Source: Octopus bimaculoides (Eukaryota). Taken from it: a stretch of DNA of 64,000 nucleotides. The stretch is taken from NCBI RefSeq assembly GCF_001194135.2, contig NC_068982.1:130475013-130539012 (forward strand). Reading direction: 5' to 3'. A model generated the notes under the pieces. That model was given only the letters and a program-made list of their open reading frames with translations. It searched no databases and was not told where the DNA came from. A program made the translations under genes and the position numbers. Below are positions 37,009-49,830 of this stretch, piece after piece (the first letter of the stretch is position 1; each line of letters begins with the position of its first letter).

Positions 37009-38004
37009 AATTCCGCCGAGGTCTACTTTACTTTTCATCCTTTCGGGGTCCATAAAATAAGTACCAGTTAAGCACTTGGATTGATGTAATCGACTTACCA
37101 CCTGCTGCGAAATGTGCTTGCCTTGTACCAAAATTTGAAACCGATATTATGTGAATGTCTAAGGCGGCCATTTGGCAGAATCATTAGCACGCCAGGCAAA
37201 ATGTTTTGCAGTATTTCATTCGTCTTAACGTTCTGGGTTCAATTCCTGTCGACTTTGTCTTTCACTTTTGTTTTTGGTCGCGGGTAGCATCGATAAAATA
37301 AGTGCCAGTTGAGCACTGGGACGGTGGAATCGATTTACTCCCTTCACGCGAAATCTGCTAGTCTCGTGCCAAAATTTGAAACCAATATTTTTTTGAGGAA
37401 GTTATTCTGGTTGTTTACACACTGGTTTCAAATCCCGTCGAAGTCAACTTAACTTTTCATCCTCTCGGGCTCGGTAAGTCAAGTACTGGGGCAATATCAT
37501 TGACATACAAGGCAGCGAGCTGGCAGAAACGTTAGCACTCCGGGCGAAATGCTTAGCGGTATTTCGTCTGTCTTTACGTTCTGAATTCAAATTCCGCCGA
37601 AGTCGACTGTGCCTTTCATCTTTTCGGGGTCGATGAATTAAGTACCAGTTGCGTACTGGGGTCGATCAATCGACTGGCCCTCATCCCCAAATTTTCGGGC
37701 CTTATGTCTAGAGTAGAAAAGAATATTATTGACTTACTCCTTCCTCTCAGAATTGCAGGCCTTATGCCTATGTCAAAAACCATAAAGCGGTGAGCTGGCA
37801 GAATAATAAGACTGCCAGAAAAAATACTTCGTCGTATCGTTCCGTTTCTTTACGTTACAAGTTTAAATCCCGCCGAGGTCTTTGCCTTTCATCTTCTCGA
37901 GGTCAATAAAATATATACACCCATCAAGTATTTGGGTCGACGGAACTGACTAAACCTCTTCCTTTAAAACTGCAGGCCTTGTGCCAAAATTAGAAACCAA
38001 TATT
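37009..38004 (+). mobile_element. Cluster of five SINE family 1 copies, same orientation
   Basis: 37009-37150 (5' truncated, tail C), 37163-37390 (tail C), 37424-37785 (degenerate, interrupted), 37511-37730 (young, tail B, nested), 37786-38004 (tail C). Confidence 0.88.
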
Positions 38005-38531
38005 TGTTAGCTAATTAGTATTGAAAAAGGCGCTAAGCGATGCTCAAATATTTATTTTAAAATACTGGAGAATTCCCCAAATAGTATTTTACTTTTATTT
38101 GTTTCTTTAACGCAGCAGCTGATGTAGTGCAAACTGTAGACACTATACCCTTGGTAATGTAATATAATTACTTGTTTGCCTAACGATTTTAGGCCATTTG
38201 TCAAGAGTAGACATCGAGTAAAATAAAAAAATATATAAAGAAATTATTTCCTTGATACGTTATGGGACATAACATTCTTTGTTACTTAAACTTTATAAGA
38301 AATCCCTACGACAATGTAGATTACGAAATAGAAACCCTGTTAAGGAACCATGTATGTGTAGAGATTAGTTAAGATGGTGGACGATATATTGATGATTAAC
38401 GGTCTTGATGAATATCGGAATACATTCTTTACTTCAGTTTCAGCTTATCTCAGCATATTTTCTAACTTCGAATGACAAGTAACTTGATATTATCTTAAAC
38501 TTCGCATTGACATCCGCTAACTTGACTATGT

Positions 38532-38717
38532 ATGGAATATACCAAGAATGTATATCTAGTAGTCAGTTTCCATTACAAGAATGTAATTTCTGTTGGAAAC
38601 GAATTAATATGTATACACATATATATGAAATATACCAAGAATGTATATCTAGTAGTCAGTTTCCATTACAAGAATGTAATTTCTGTTGGAAACGAATTAA
38701 TATGTATACACATACAT
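38532..38717. repeat. 93-bp tandem duplication
   Basis: AATATACCAAG...GTATACACATA occurs at 38536 and 38629; units are almost identical. Confidence 0.95.
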
Positions 38718-40169
38718 ATAGATACACATACTCATAAAACACTAACATACACAAGCATATGTATCGACATACATACACACACACACACACACACATCTAT
38801 ATATCTGCTTTACTGGCTCAGTGTGCTGCTGTTTATACAAACATTGCGCCTAAAAGAAGACTATTCTTCTCACTTGAAATCATTAACCCAACTGACCAGC
38901 ATGCATTAATCTCAAGCTTATAATCTCGTCTCTTTGTTCAATCACTTTTACAAAGGCGTCTCTTCTGAAATACTCTGAGATATAGTTTCTACAACCAGGC
39001 CTACCATTCTTTCCTTATTTGTCGCTTTTTGTCTCACCTCACCTCCTTAGGAACCACCTTATGTTGTGTCTCCCTCCTAAGAACTGCAAGACTCTGGAAT
39101 TATCTATCCGTCCACAGTTTCCCCGTAGATGTTAGCCTTCATGTGTTCAAAGTAAACATCGACCACGTCAGTCTCTGAACAACGAATAATGGTAGAGTTT
39201 TGGTAAATATGACAAAACATGAACAAAGACGGGTCAAGCGAAAAGTTTGAATGGATTTTTTTTTTACCTGCGTGCAATAGAATGACAAAGAGAAAAAAAA
39301 ATGAAGCGCACGCACTCGCGTTAGTTTTAATTAAATGTAGGTAGTTGAGCTCTATTTGATTTATGATACAGAAAGTAAAGTTCATGAATTTGATTTTGCG
39401 AATGCAAGTCTGAATGAGTTTTCCTGTAAACATAACAGTTTTGTAATATAATTCTAAATATAAACATATAATTTAGGTGTAACATCAAACACATTTTCGG
39501 TTTGCATTTAATTCATATTTACTATGTTAATTCTATAAGTCAAAGAATGAGTAAATAACTATCTTAGTCCTTCGTATAGTGTTTCTCACGACCATAAACT
39601 TACATTCGAAGTCTCTCATCCTCAAATTTAGATTCGCAGTCTCTTGCGTTCCTAAATTTAAACCCACGCCTGGACGACGATATCTATCCTACTCCAAGAG
39701 CTACACCTCCAATAATCTTATAACTCTAACAATGAAGAATTTATAAGATTTTCCAAGGAAAAGTATAATACTACTAATACATTCTGTAGGCTTATTAGGA
39801 GGGGGAGTAACTCTAGCACAGTGAGTCAATGAAACATTTGTCAATTATACGGTACTTCAACTTCCTATGCTGAACTGTATTAGCTGTACTTATATGTTAT
39901 ATGAAAGGTGTCAGAGACAATGAGGTGCATTGCCACAAACACAACACAACGATGATGAACAGATATCAAATATAATCAGTTCAGACGTCAACCATTATTG
40001 GATTCGAACTGAGAACATGTAAACGCATTTAAAAGCTTCATGTAATTATTATATTACTGTTTCAAAGCATTTAATCATGCACACTGATATTTCTACCTAG
40101 CACTCATCACAACAAAAAATGAAGATCAATATTTTGTTGATATAGCAGACTGAAGATATCACAGTACAA

Positions 40170-40270
40170 TAGTGGTACTTATTTCAACGAGCTCGAGAGA
40201 TGAAAGGTAAAAAGTGAACGGGTAGAATTTGAACTAAAAATGTAAAGGAATGTAATTAGATGCGGCAAAG
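40170..40270 (-). mobile_element. Degenerate SINE family 1 fragment
   Basis: TGGTACTTATTTCAACGAGCTCGAGAGATGAAAGG..AGAATTTGAACT. Confidence 0.6.
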
Positions 40271-41094
40271 TAAATGTAATCAGCCACTACTCTATACATT
40301 TTACCACCCACGCCCACATTGTTTAACCCAAATACTAGAGGAACCTGTACACTGACCTTATGTCGGTTAGGATAATATCAATCGATTCCACCTCTACCTC
40401 AGTCGAGATATTTGATATTTTCTCTGGTCATAGATTTACTCTAAAGCAAGTTTGAAGGTGAGCATTCTTACCGAGTGCTGTGAATGATTGTTTGAAAGAA
40501 ACGAAGCAACCGCAAGACAATAGTAACAATGCAATGTAAATATTAGGGATATTTTCAAATGTCATTAGGGCGGTAAGAATTGACTGGAAAGGAAAACCAG
40601 AGTGACTCAGTAAGTAACATGAACAGCAGCAGCAACATTTTCTTGGCGTCTCTAGTGATATTGTCAGCCACTGCTGATTTGCTTTTGTCTTCATATTATG
40701 AGGAAGCTATTGAGTTGAATATCATTTAGAAATAATCTAGAGTAAAAGAGAAAAATATCCTGGGATTAAAGCTGATACACAAATGTTATAGTCAAAAGCA
40801 AGGAAATGGATGAACACTTTGTTACTTTTGACAGTTTAACAATAGTTTATAGCATGATACAAACTCGTGATCTCTAAGTTAGATAAAACTTGGCTATTTC
40901 AGTAATATTGCAAACACGAAAGAGGGTAAAATCATAGGTGTTTTGGGAAACACCAAGCACACTTGTACAAAATATGTTGTATGTCCCCAGTTTATGATGT
41001 CTACTTCTGAAATGGATGAAATATTGGGGTTTAATATTCATTTCTAATACTGACAAGAAATTTGAAAGAAAAGAATGATTAACTAAAATAGCCC

Positions 41095-41180
41095 CTAGTA
41101 TTTGGAAGATACATTATTTCATCGACTTAGGAATGATGAAAGTCAAAGTCTTCCTAAGTGAGATTTGAACGCAGCATAAA
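41095..41180 (-). mobile_element. Degenerate SINE family 1 fragment
   Basis: TTATTTCATCGACTTAGGAATGATGAAAGTCAAAGTC..GAGATTTGAAC. Confidence 0.55.
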
Positions 41181-41384
41181 TGTAAGCAACTAAATATGGT
41201 AGAACAATGTTTCAAGCGTCTGGCTACAATAGATTTCTTATATATTCACAATGCTTTACATGTGGAGGAAGGTTATAACTGCTTATATTAATCCAGTCAT
41301 TTCAACTGTTATTTTTTAATCGACCTCCAGATGAACAAACGGAAATGTTGATCATAGTAGGATTTGAACACCAGCGAGTAAAGG

Positions 41385-41502
41385 TGGCATTTATTTTATC
41401 AAGCCCGAAAGGATCAAATGCAGAGTCGACTCAGTGGAATTTGAACTCGGACTGTTAAGCATTTTGCCCGGCGTGCTAACGATACTGCCAACTCACCGCC
41501 TT
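41385..41502 (-). mobile_element. SINE family 1 head and core
   Basis: CCCGAAAGGATCAAATGCAGAGTCGAC..GGAATTTGAACTC..GCATTTTGCCCGGCGTGCTAACGATACTGCCAACTCACCGCC; internal deletion at the CGGTAT region. Confidence 0.82.
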
Positions 41503-41659
41503 AGACGTTCAAATGAAAAAAACAAAAACAAAAAAAAAACAGAAATAAAGAAAATTACTAGTCAATAAATCTAATACTGCAAAGCATTCTAGGGCAACTA
41601 TCGCCTACCTTTAAATCATTCATAATTGATTCTCACATGAGCAAAAAGTCAGAAATGTG

Positions 41660-41780
41660 TAGGGAAGAGTTAATCGATATTCATGACTGGTACTTTATTT
41701 TATCGATCTCTGAAGCATGATCAGCAAGGTTGACCACATCAAGATTTGAACTCTGAACATGAAGAGAATCAGAACAAATA
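41660..41780 (-). mobile_element. Degenerate SINE family 1 fragment
   Basis: ACTGGTACTTTATTTTATCGATCTC..AAGGTTGACC..AGATTTGAACTCTGAAC. Confidence 0.6.
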
Positions 41781-42087
41781 CTGCTGTCTATATTTATTTT
41801 AGCTTTTTTTTTAAGGCGTTGTTTCTATGGCAGGAAGCCATTATGAGCTGATATGTAAACAGAAAGAGAAAATAAAATTAAGTCCAAAACAATAACAAAA
41901 CTTATGTCTCTCTCAGCAGAGATGTAAACGTCCAACGCGTTCCAGGTGGCTCTCTATTGAAAACTATCCAAAAGGGAATATTTTCCTTTAGTTTTTCTTC
42001 GTAAAAGAATTCAAAAATTCTCAAAGACTTTGTAACAAATCCATACACGCAAACTCAACAACAGCAGTAGCAAAAAAAATAATGTTT

Positions 42088-42361
42088 ATTTTGGCACAAG
42101 GTCAGCAATTTTTAGCTGTTTATTCGATTACATCGACTGCCTTACTTAATTTTATCGACTGCAACAGGATGAAAGGCAAATTTGACTGCGGCAGAAATTG
42201 AATTCAGAACGTAAAGAGCCAGAAGAAATGCATTTGTCCCCCGCACTTCTTTTCTGCCAGCTCGTTCCCTTAATAAAACTAATAATAATCTTTTCTGCCA
42301 TAGGCACAAATCTAGAAACTTTTGGTGGGAGGGGGCTAGCCAGTTGCATCGACCCCAGCTA
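42088..42361 (-). mobile_element. SINE family 1 copy plus adjacent tail fragment
   Basis: TTTTGGCACAAGGTCAGCAATTT..TCGATTACATCGAC..GGATGAAAGGCAAA..GAATTCAGAACGTAAAG..TTCTGCCAGCTCG, then a tail-B fragment to 42361. Confidence 0.75.
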
Positions 42362-43304
42362 AGCGTTTTATCCACTATGCTAATTATTCTTCAAGCTCGT
42401 AGCATTACTACTACTACTAATAATAATGGTTTCGAATTTTGCCACAACGGCAACAACTTAGTACTGTAAATTGCAAAAAATAGAGGCACAGTCTATGCTA
42501 ATGCAAGCTATTTTTTAATTAAGCGTTCACGCAGTTTTTGTTCAGAAATTCAAACAATGAATGATGTGACATTAAAATTTAAAACTGAAATTATTGTTTG
42601 GGTATTTTGAATATAAAAGGCATGGATCTAATTTCCTTCAGATTGTAATCAGATAATTGTGAGTAAAGGGAAAATAATGGACATGGTTAAAAGCTAATAA
42701 TAAAGTAAATACTTTAAGACAAACCAAATCCTATTTTCTCATGAGAAGTTCCTCATTTTACATTACTTTATAATTATAATTAAAAAGAGGAACAGAAAAT
42801 TCTTCAGCGAAATAACAGATTTGTGTTCTTTGTTAAAAGGGAAGTAATTGAAAGTGACAGTTAAGTGTAAGGGAGATATGTTGCGTAATTATGTACCTGA
42901 CCATTTCTTGTCTGGCATTAGGCTGGCAGCAATTAATTGCCAGTCCGTATTGCTATAGATCAAAACAGTTGATAGTGTCTGGATCCAAGCTATTTGGTTT
43001 TAAGAATACCGCAACAAAGATAAATCTATCAATAAATTAAACATTTGGAAAACAAATTGAACATCTGTAAAATTAGTGAATGTAGTAATGATGATGATTG
43101 CTCCGGAAGTTTTCATTGTTACAATGTTCATTAAAACCCAAAGGATTCCTATATCTTTCAATACCAGTATTTCAGCTGAAGAAAGTGGGCATGAATTCAA
43201 CTAGAATATAATACAAAGAAACATCCAGCATCTGGATGAAGAAATTATTAGAAAGTTATATGAAGATATTACTTTCCTTTTCTTCTTCTTATGGGATTAC
43301 ATAA

Positions 43305-43526
43305 GGCGGCGAGCTGGTAGAATGATTAGAAAGCTGGAAAAAATGTCTAGCGGCGTTTCATCCATATTTGTGTTCTGAGTTCAAATTCCGCTGAGATTTA
43401 CTTTGCCTTCTTTACTTTCGGAATCGATGAAATAAGTACTAGATGGGCACTGGAATTGATGCAATCCACTAGGCCCCGCCTCCCAACAAAACACTTCAGG
43501 TCTTGTGTTTATAATACAAAAGATTA
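43305..43526 (+). mobile_element. SINE family 1, tail B-like, with TSD
   Basis: Complete head and core. TSD TTATGG(G/A)ATTACAT at 43289-43302 and 43527-43540. Confidence 0.87.
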
Positions 43527-43927
43527 TTATGGAATTACATCAAGGGATTTTAAATTCAACTACATTGAGTATATATTATTTTCCTCAAGATGCAATATTT
43601 GAAAGAAGCTAGTTTCCTAATGCTTGTAACCAATTTATTACGTTTTCAGGTCTGTAGGAATATTTTAGTCTCAATATTTACAATATCAATAAAAGAAACG
43701 ACTTGCTTTTTCCTGGCGTTGCGTATTGGACAAAACGTTACAGAGGACCAACACATTAATGCTGTCAACTCTTCTAATAGAATGAATACTCCTGAGAGAA
43801 GCACAAGTCATTGTTGTATATAATTGGAATATTTCGTTCGTACTCATAATTGAGCGCAAAATATCCAGAGGATACTGGAGGAAAGTATCACAATAACATC
43901 AACAACCGCAATATTAGAAGCCACAAG

Positions 43928-44142
43928 AGCGGCGAGCAGGCAGAATCATTAGCACGTCGGGCGAAATGCTTAGCGGTATTTCGTCTGCCGTTACGTTCTG
44001 AATTCAAATTCCGCCGAGGTCGACTTTGCCTTTCATCCTTTCGGGGTCGATTAAATAAGTACCAGTTGTACACTGGGGCTGATGTAATCGACTTAATCCT
44101 TTTGTCTGTCCTTGTTTGTCCACTGTGGGTAATAAAGAAATA
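43928..44142 (+). mobile_element. SINE family 1, tail A, monomer
   Basis: Near-consensus head and core; tail TGTGGGTAATAAAGAAATA. 18-bp TSD AATATTAG(A/C)AGCCACA(A/C)G at 43910-43927 and 44143-44160. Confidence 0.93.
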
Positions 44143-44794
44143 AATATTAGCAGCCACACGAAAACAACACTTGGCATCCTCTAAATGTTAACATATTAGC
44201 CACAGGAAGCACAATGTACCTAAATCCAATTCAGTCACAATTAAACATAAGCCACAAAGTTTTGATATACAACGAAATGTATAACGTCCATACTTCTTTT
44301 ACAGATATATATATAATACTTCAGCCTCAAGAGAAAAATAGAACGAAAACTGTCACGCGGAGTTAGAATCAAGCAGAATGCTTCAGTTTTAAAAGACTGT
44401 ATCGTTCAAAATTTTCCAAGATAATCAGTGGCAGAAGGAAATCAAAACAGGATAGCAGAATTGGATTCCTGCATAGTTGGTGCCGCTGCAATGAGATACG
44501 TCATTTAATAGGGGATTGTTTTATATTGTTAGAAAGGGTGTTATCTGGAACTATACAATATACCAAACAGCGTTTAGTTTCGACTCTGTGTTTTGATTTT
44601 TAAGACAATTGAATTTCGACCTATCAGGATCAATTAGACAAGTAGGAGTTCTATTAAATTGTCTAAACTAGTTTCTCTACAAAATCTGGTTTTAGACGGA
44701 AAGTGAGCAAACCAATATTTGTCACACAATGGCTAAAATTTCTAGGGGACTGATGTAATCAACAAAATAAAACAAGAATATTTTTATTTCAGAG

Positions 44795-44845
44795 GTGTGT
44801 GCGTGTGAGAGAGAGGGGGGAGAGAAAGAGAGAAAGAGGAACAGA

Positions 44846-44904
<59 letters not shown>

Positions 44905-44905
44905 T
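44795..44905. repeat. (GA)n microsatellite
   Basis: Direct reading. Confidence 0.95.
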
Positions 44906-45397
44906 ATGAAACGGTGTGAAGCATTTTCCTGACCGTTTACCGCTCCAGACCTCTTTGAAGAGACTATTTTAGATAACATACATGCAAAAGATAAGAGAGT
45001 AAAGACTCGAGTTAAAGAAAAAGCACTATATATTTTATTAAACATCTATTAACAATATTCTTAGCATGAAACTAGGATGATGTTATCGAAAATAAGTTCG
45101 ATGAATAAGGCTTGGAAAACATTTACAAATTGAAACCAATTTTTATGATTAATTGAAAGCATGCTATAAGTTTCAAAGTCAATCGCAGTTGCATTCATAT
45201 ATTTTCAACTATGACTGTGAAATTATGAAGAGGAATGCTGTATAACCAAACGGTTATAATCCGTCTTTTTCATCATCCTGTCTCTCTCTTTGTGTGTGTT
45301 TGTGCGTGTGTATGTGTGTGTGTGACGTCCTTATTTTCTTCTGTCTACATATGAAGCAGTAGCAATCATATATATATATATATATATATATGTATAA

Positions 45398-45465
45398 NNN
45401 NNNNNNNNNNNNNNNNNNNNNNNNNNNNNNNNNNNNNNNNNNNNNNNNNNNNNNNNNNNNNNNNN
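45398..45465. other. Assembly gap
   Basis: Run of N between (TA)n tracts. Confidence 1.
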
Positions 45466-45828
45466 ATATATTTATATATATATTAAATTCAAATTACGGT
45501 AAACTTAAACAAACAAACGAAGTTTGCTTTTAGAAGCGTTGAGATGTCTTAGAAAGTGATTTTAAATTCTCAGTCGCAGGATAATGCTAATAATATAGCC
45601 TGAACAAGATAAACTACCCCTACTTTTGCAGAAAAAAGTGTAGGCGGATCGAGGTGTAGGGAGAAAATCAGCTTCAAGCATTCCGTAGTAAATATAAAAA
45701 ACAACTTTCAGGGACATCAATTGTGGATTTTTTCTTATCGAAGTACAATAAATTGAAAAAAGTTCTTTTTATATTTCACGGCAGACAACCAGGGTTGCCG
45801 GGTATGGGAATAAGAATACAAGAGTTAA

Positions 45829-46097
45829 TGAGTGTAATAGATAAGATCCGAGCTACATATGTTTCATAGAGAGCGGAACCTCGGAAATGGTAAATATCCA
45901 GGCGAGATGTATGCTGCAGGCTACTCTTCAGGCCAAGGATATCTTGATGAAATGAAAGTTTACATTGTTGCAAGGAGGTACATGTTAACACATGGAAGAG
46001 TAGCCTCTGCGGTATACACCTCGCTTGGACATTTACCACTTCGGAGGTTCTGCTCGCTATGAAACACATGTAGCCCAGATCTTATATCTTCCATCCC
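45829..46097. mobile_element. Hairpin MITE with about 90-bp arms, TTAA on both sides
   Basis: 45841-45929 is the inverse of 45995-46085 with 12 substitutions and a 2-nt indel. TTAA at 45825-45828 and 46098-46101. Confidence 0.75.
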
Positions 46098-46106
46098 TTA
46101 ACTCTG

Positions 46107-46145
<39 letters not shown>

Positions 46146-46924
46146 ATTACATACATATAAAACAGACTCTGGCTTATTTTTCTATACACTTGTTAACAAC
46201 TCGTGTGTTACTGGAAGGAGCAAAAAACTATTATGGATTTACAAAATCCCTATGTTTTTTGCTATTTTTCACAGGAGTTTATAAGTGGGATTTATAAGGC
46301 AAAAATATCACTACATTTAAATGAAAAATTGATATAACTCATTATCTGGATCTGGCAAGTCATTTTTTTTTATCACACTATAAGTATGTTAACCCCTACT
46401 TAACTATATATTTAGGGACGCCTGATTAGAAATTGTACAGGAAATAGAAGGTAGATATGGCACAGATACTATTTCATGTGGCCCCGATATAGTTATCTTA
46501 TTTAAGATAATAAAACAGAACTGCAGAAGTGTGAGTGTCAATAAAGCCCTTCATTTGATATATATTTGATCAGGTAATAAATATCACCACACTAAGGGTT
46601 TATCCTCATTTAAGATAAACTCTAACATAACCGTGTCACAGACTTCTCCCCTGACTCCAAACAACTCTCAACACCTCGCGTGCTTTAACTTCTGTATGTT
46701 TGTTCAAACTAGATTTGCTTTTTACTTGTACTGAGAACTTCGTAAAGCAACTCGCCCCACGTATGTGCTACTTGACATCTCAGATTGTTAATCTAATTTC
46801 TTTCGTGATATTTTACTGTCAGTCAAAGACCGAGAAATCTGGATATCTTTCATAAAAGGTATTTTCTCTCATATTTTCAAACTGATCAGTAAATATAGTA
46901 GACAGAAAACTGTGTGGAATTCTG

Positions 46925-46927
<3 letters not shown>

Positions 46928-47016
<89 letters not shown>

Positions 47017-47305
47017 ACACAAACACACACGTACACACACGCATGTATGTATGTATGTATGTATGTATGTATGTATGTATGTATGTATGTATGTATGTGC
47101 GCGCGCGCGCGTTTGTCCCCTCTCATTACTTGACAAGCGCTGTTGGTTTATGTCCTTGGAACTTAGCGGTTTGATAAAATACCCGATAGAGCAAGTTGCA
47201 GACTTAAAAAATAAGTACTGTGGTCGATTTATTTAACTAAATCTTTCAAGGTGGTGCTTAACTGCGCTTCAATGACTGAAACAAGTGAAAGAATAGAATA
47301 AAAAA
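46928..47305 (+). mobile_element. (CA)n(TATG)n tract followed by SINE family 3 3' half
   Basis: GTTTGTCCCC..CTTGACAA..GTTGGT..AACTTAGCGGTT..CCGATAGA..AATAAGTACT..GGTCGATTT..ATGACTGAAACAAGT matches 54841-55048. Confidence 0.75.
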
Positions 47306-48108
47306 TATTCTACCTAATTTAAAGGGTTCATAGGAAACAAAAGATGCAAATATATGTAATGAGAATTTCTTACTTAGGCAGTAGAACACACGTTTGTAGG
47401 GAAGTTATCGTCAATGAAGTTGACCCAAGTGCATTTTATTGACCCGAAGTAAATCTCGGTAGGCTTTGAAATTAAAGAACAAGTGACAAACTGTGACAGT
47501 CCACCTGTGGACGTAACCCTCTTTATATTTGAAGGTTTTGAGTCGTAAAACTGTCTCGTTAACTCACTAACTTGGTGATGGTGACTACTCTGTTAGTCTT
47601 AACATTAATTTTTTCCCGGTGGAGTTGAGTGGAGCCACGTGAAATAAAGTGTCTTGTCCACGGATACAGCACAGAAAGCCCAGTTGTATAACCACGAAGC
47701 TATGCGCTTTCTCGAGACTTGACCTGTCTAAATAAGACTACAAGGTATTCTGTCTGATGCACTAACAGTTTAGATTATCGACCATCCTATGACTATGTGA
47801 TACTGTATAAGTACACTAAAGCAGTCGTTTCTCTATATTTCCTGTGATGCTATTGAGAGTTACGTTTCAATATGATTTAAATTTACGGTTGCGCATTCAT
47901 TAAAGAAAGAGATAAGACAGAAAACAGAGAAAGGAAGAAGACTGCAGAAGAAGTCGGTATTTTGTGAAGAAGATAAGGAAATGAAAGCAACACAGATGCA
48001 TGTTCAAATTTCTTACTAGATTAGACGAGAGGTGTATGATGACTGGGGTGAGATTGGTGTGGTTCAAGATATTTAGATTATGGCCTCTGAACCACCACAA
48101 CCGTCACT

Positions 48109-48270
48109 TGAAAGCGAGTAGCTATACTGAGAAACAGTATCTATACTGTTTATCGTCACTTAAACGTGGCTGTTCCATACGAACCGATGTTGCTAGTATT
48201 TTAACCCCCAGGAGGACGCCTGGTAATTCGATGCACAGTTACTGCTTTCTCAGTATAGTTACTACTTTCA
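48109..48270. mobile_element. Short MITE-like element with 34-bp inverted ends
   Basis: TGAAAGCGAGTAGCTATACTGAGAAACAGTATCT (48109-48142) is inverted at 48237-48270; internal hairpin CCAGG-AGGACG-CCTGG. Confidence 0.7.
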
Positions 48271-49429
48271 TCTCTTATAGAGGTTTTCAGACTAGCTAAT
48301 TTTCTTGTTGCATGATCAGTGACTGTATGTCACTTGTTCTCTACATATTGCGAGCTGGAGTGGACTACTGCTATCTCTAGTGGACGAGCATATACCACTG
48401 AGGATGACCACAAAGAGGTCAAAACCGTATGCGCTGTTGGTCCCGTGGCTGGAAAATGGTAGGGGTTCACTCCCCTGCTTGCAATATATATCGGGTGCAG
48501 ATTGTATTGAATAACCTGCTGAAGGAGGCTTCCTCTTGAGATTAAAAATAGCAGTAACGTCGGTTCGTACGGAACAACCATATTTAAGTGGCTGTAATCA
48601 TTACTTCTGAATATAATTACTGTTTTTATTTCTTATAAGGATTTTCTAACTAGAAAAGAAATGAAAAGGCATAAATTAGATTTCCATAACAAAAAAATAT
48701 ATATATATATATTCCACAAAAAAGATATGGAACGATTAAATTAGGTAGGGTTAGTTGATAGAGAGAGAGGGGGAGAGGGGGAGAGAGGAAGAGAGGGTGA
48801 GAGGTGAGAGAAAGAGAGGGAAAGATAACGAATGAAAGAAAGAAAATTTCTTAATGAGATTATATACAAAAGTAATTGATATTAAATAACAGAAAACGGA
48901 GTAAAGAAAACGCCACATCGAAGAACAGAGAAGGATAGCGAGAGAACAATTTCTCAGTTAAATAGTTCAATGATTAAAAGGAGAGAAAACAGTGGTGTGG
49001 GGGGGAAATGGATTGTTACAAGGGCATGAGATAGATTGAGAGATATAAAAATAGATAAGAGGAGATAGGACAAGAAAGGGAGTAGTGAATTGAAAGATAC
49101 AGAGAAGGAGAGGGAAATAATGGTGTCATGCTAGTCATGTGTAGGTCAAATCTACGTAAGGGACGTCTACGTATCTCCTTCTGTTGCTATAGTTTTGTTT
49201 ATCTGTTGTATATGGAAGGGGCGTGGTGTGCAAGATAAGAGTCAAAGTTCAGCCAAAGAATTCATTTGAGAGACCTCTTTTGAAATAAAGATAACCACGC
49301 TATCATGAAAGACATCAACCACAAAAACATGTGTATAGAAAACAAAAATGAAATAAAATAAAGACTCGGAAATGTTGTGTGGCGTTAGTAAATTGAAATA
49401 AGGATAAATAAACAAGAAACAACCCACAC

Positions 49430-49509
<80 letters not shown>

Positions 49510-49517
49510 GTAGCTAA

Positions 49518-49830
49518 ATGGATCTCCGTCAGTTTTGACGATGAATATTCAGTTGTTTAAACAACTGCTAATTGAATTACCAAGTGTTTTTGTGTGTGAC
49601 TGAGTATTTCACACACACGTGTTCGCTTAACTAAATTCTCAGACAGAATTAACGCGATATCGTGTCAAGGCTGTACATTTGAATTACCGATGAAATTCAC
49701 CAGATGGCACTCCACACGGATACCGTCCAACCAAAGATCGGATAAAAGACACTAACCTATGTTATCGTGCAATGGAATCGAATCCAGGACCTCATACTTT
49801 CGGACTGAACTTCTTAAGTATTTGGCCATG
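49518..49830 (-). mobile_element. SINE family 2-related copy, degenerate
   Basis: GGATCTCCGTC tail, GACTGAGTATTTCACACACACGTG and GTGTCAAGGCTG align with 520-700; head GGAATCGAATCCAGGACC. Confidence 0.65.

Noticed and set aside
48330-48590. GC-richer patch resembling a LINE 5' region
   Set aside because: No motif I can anchor; left unassigned.
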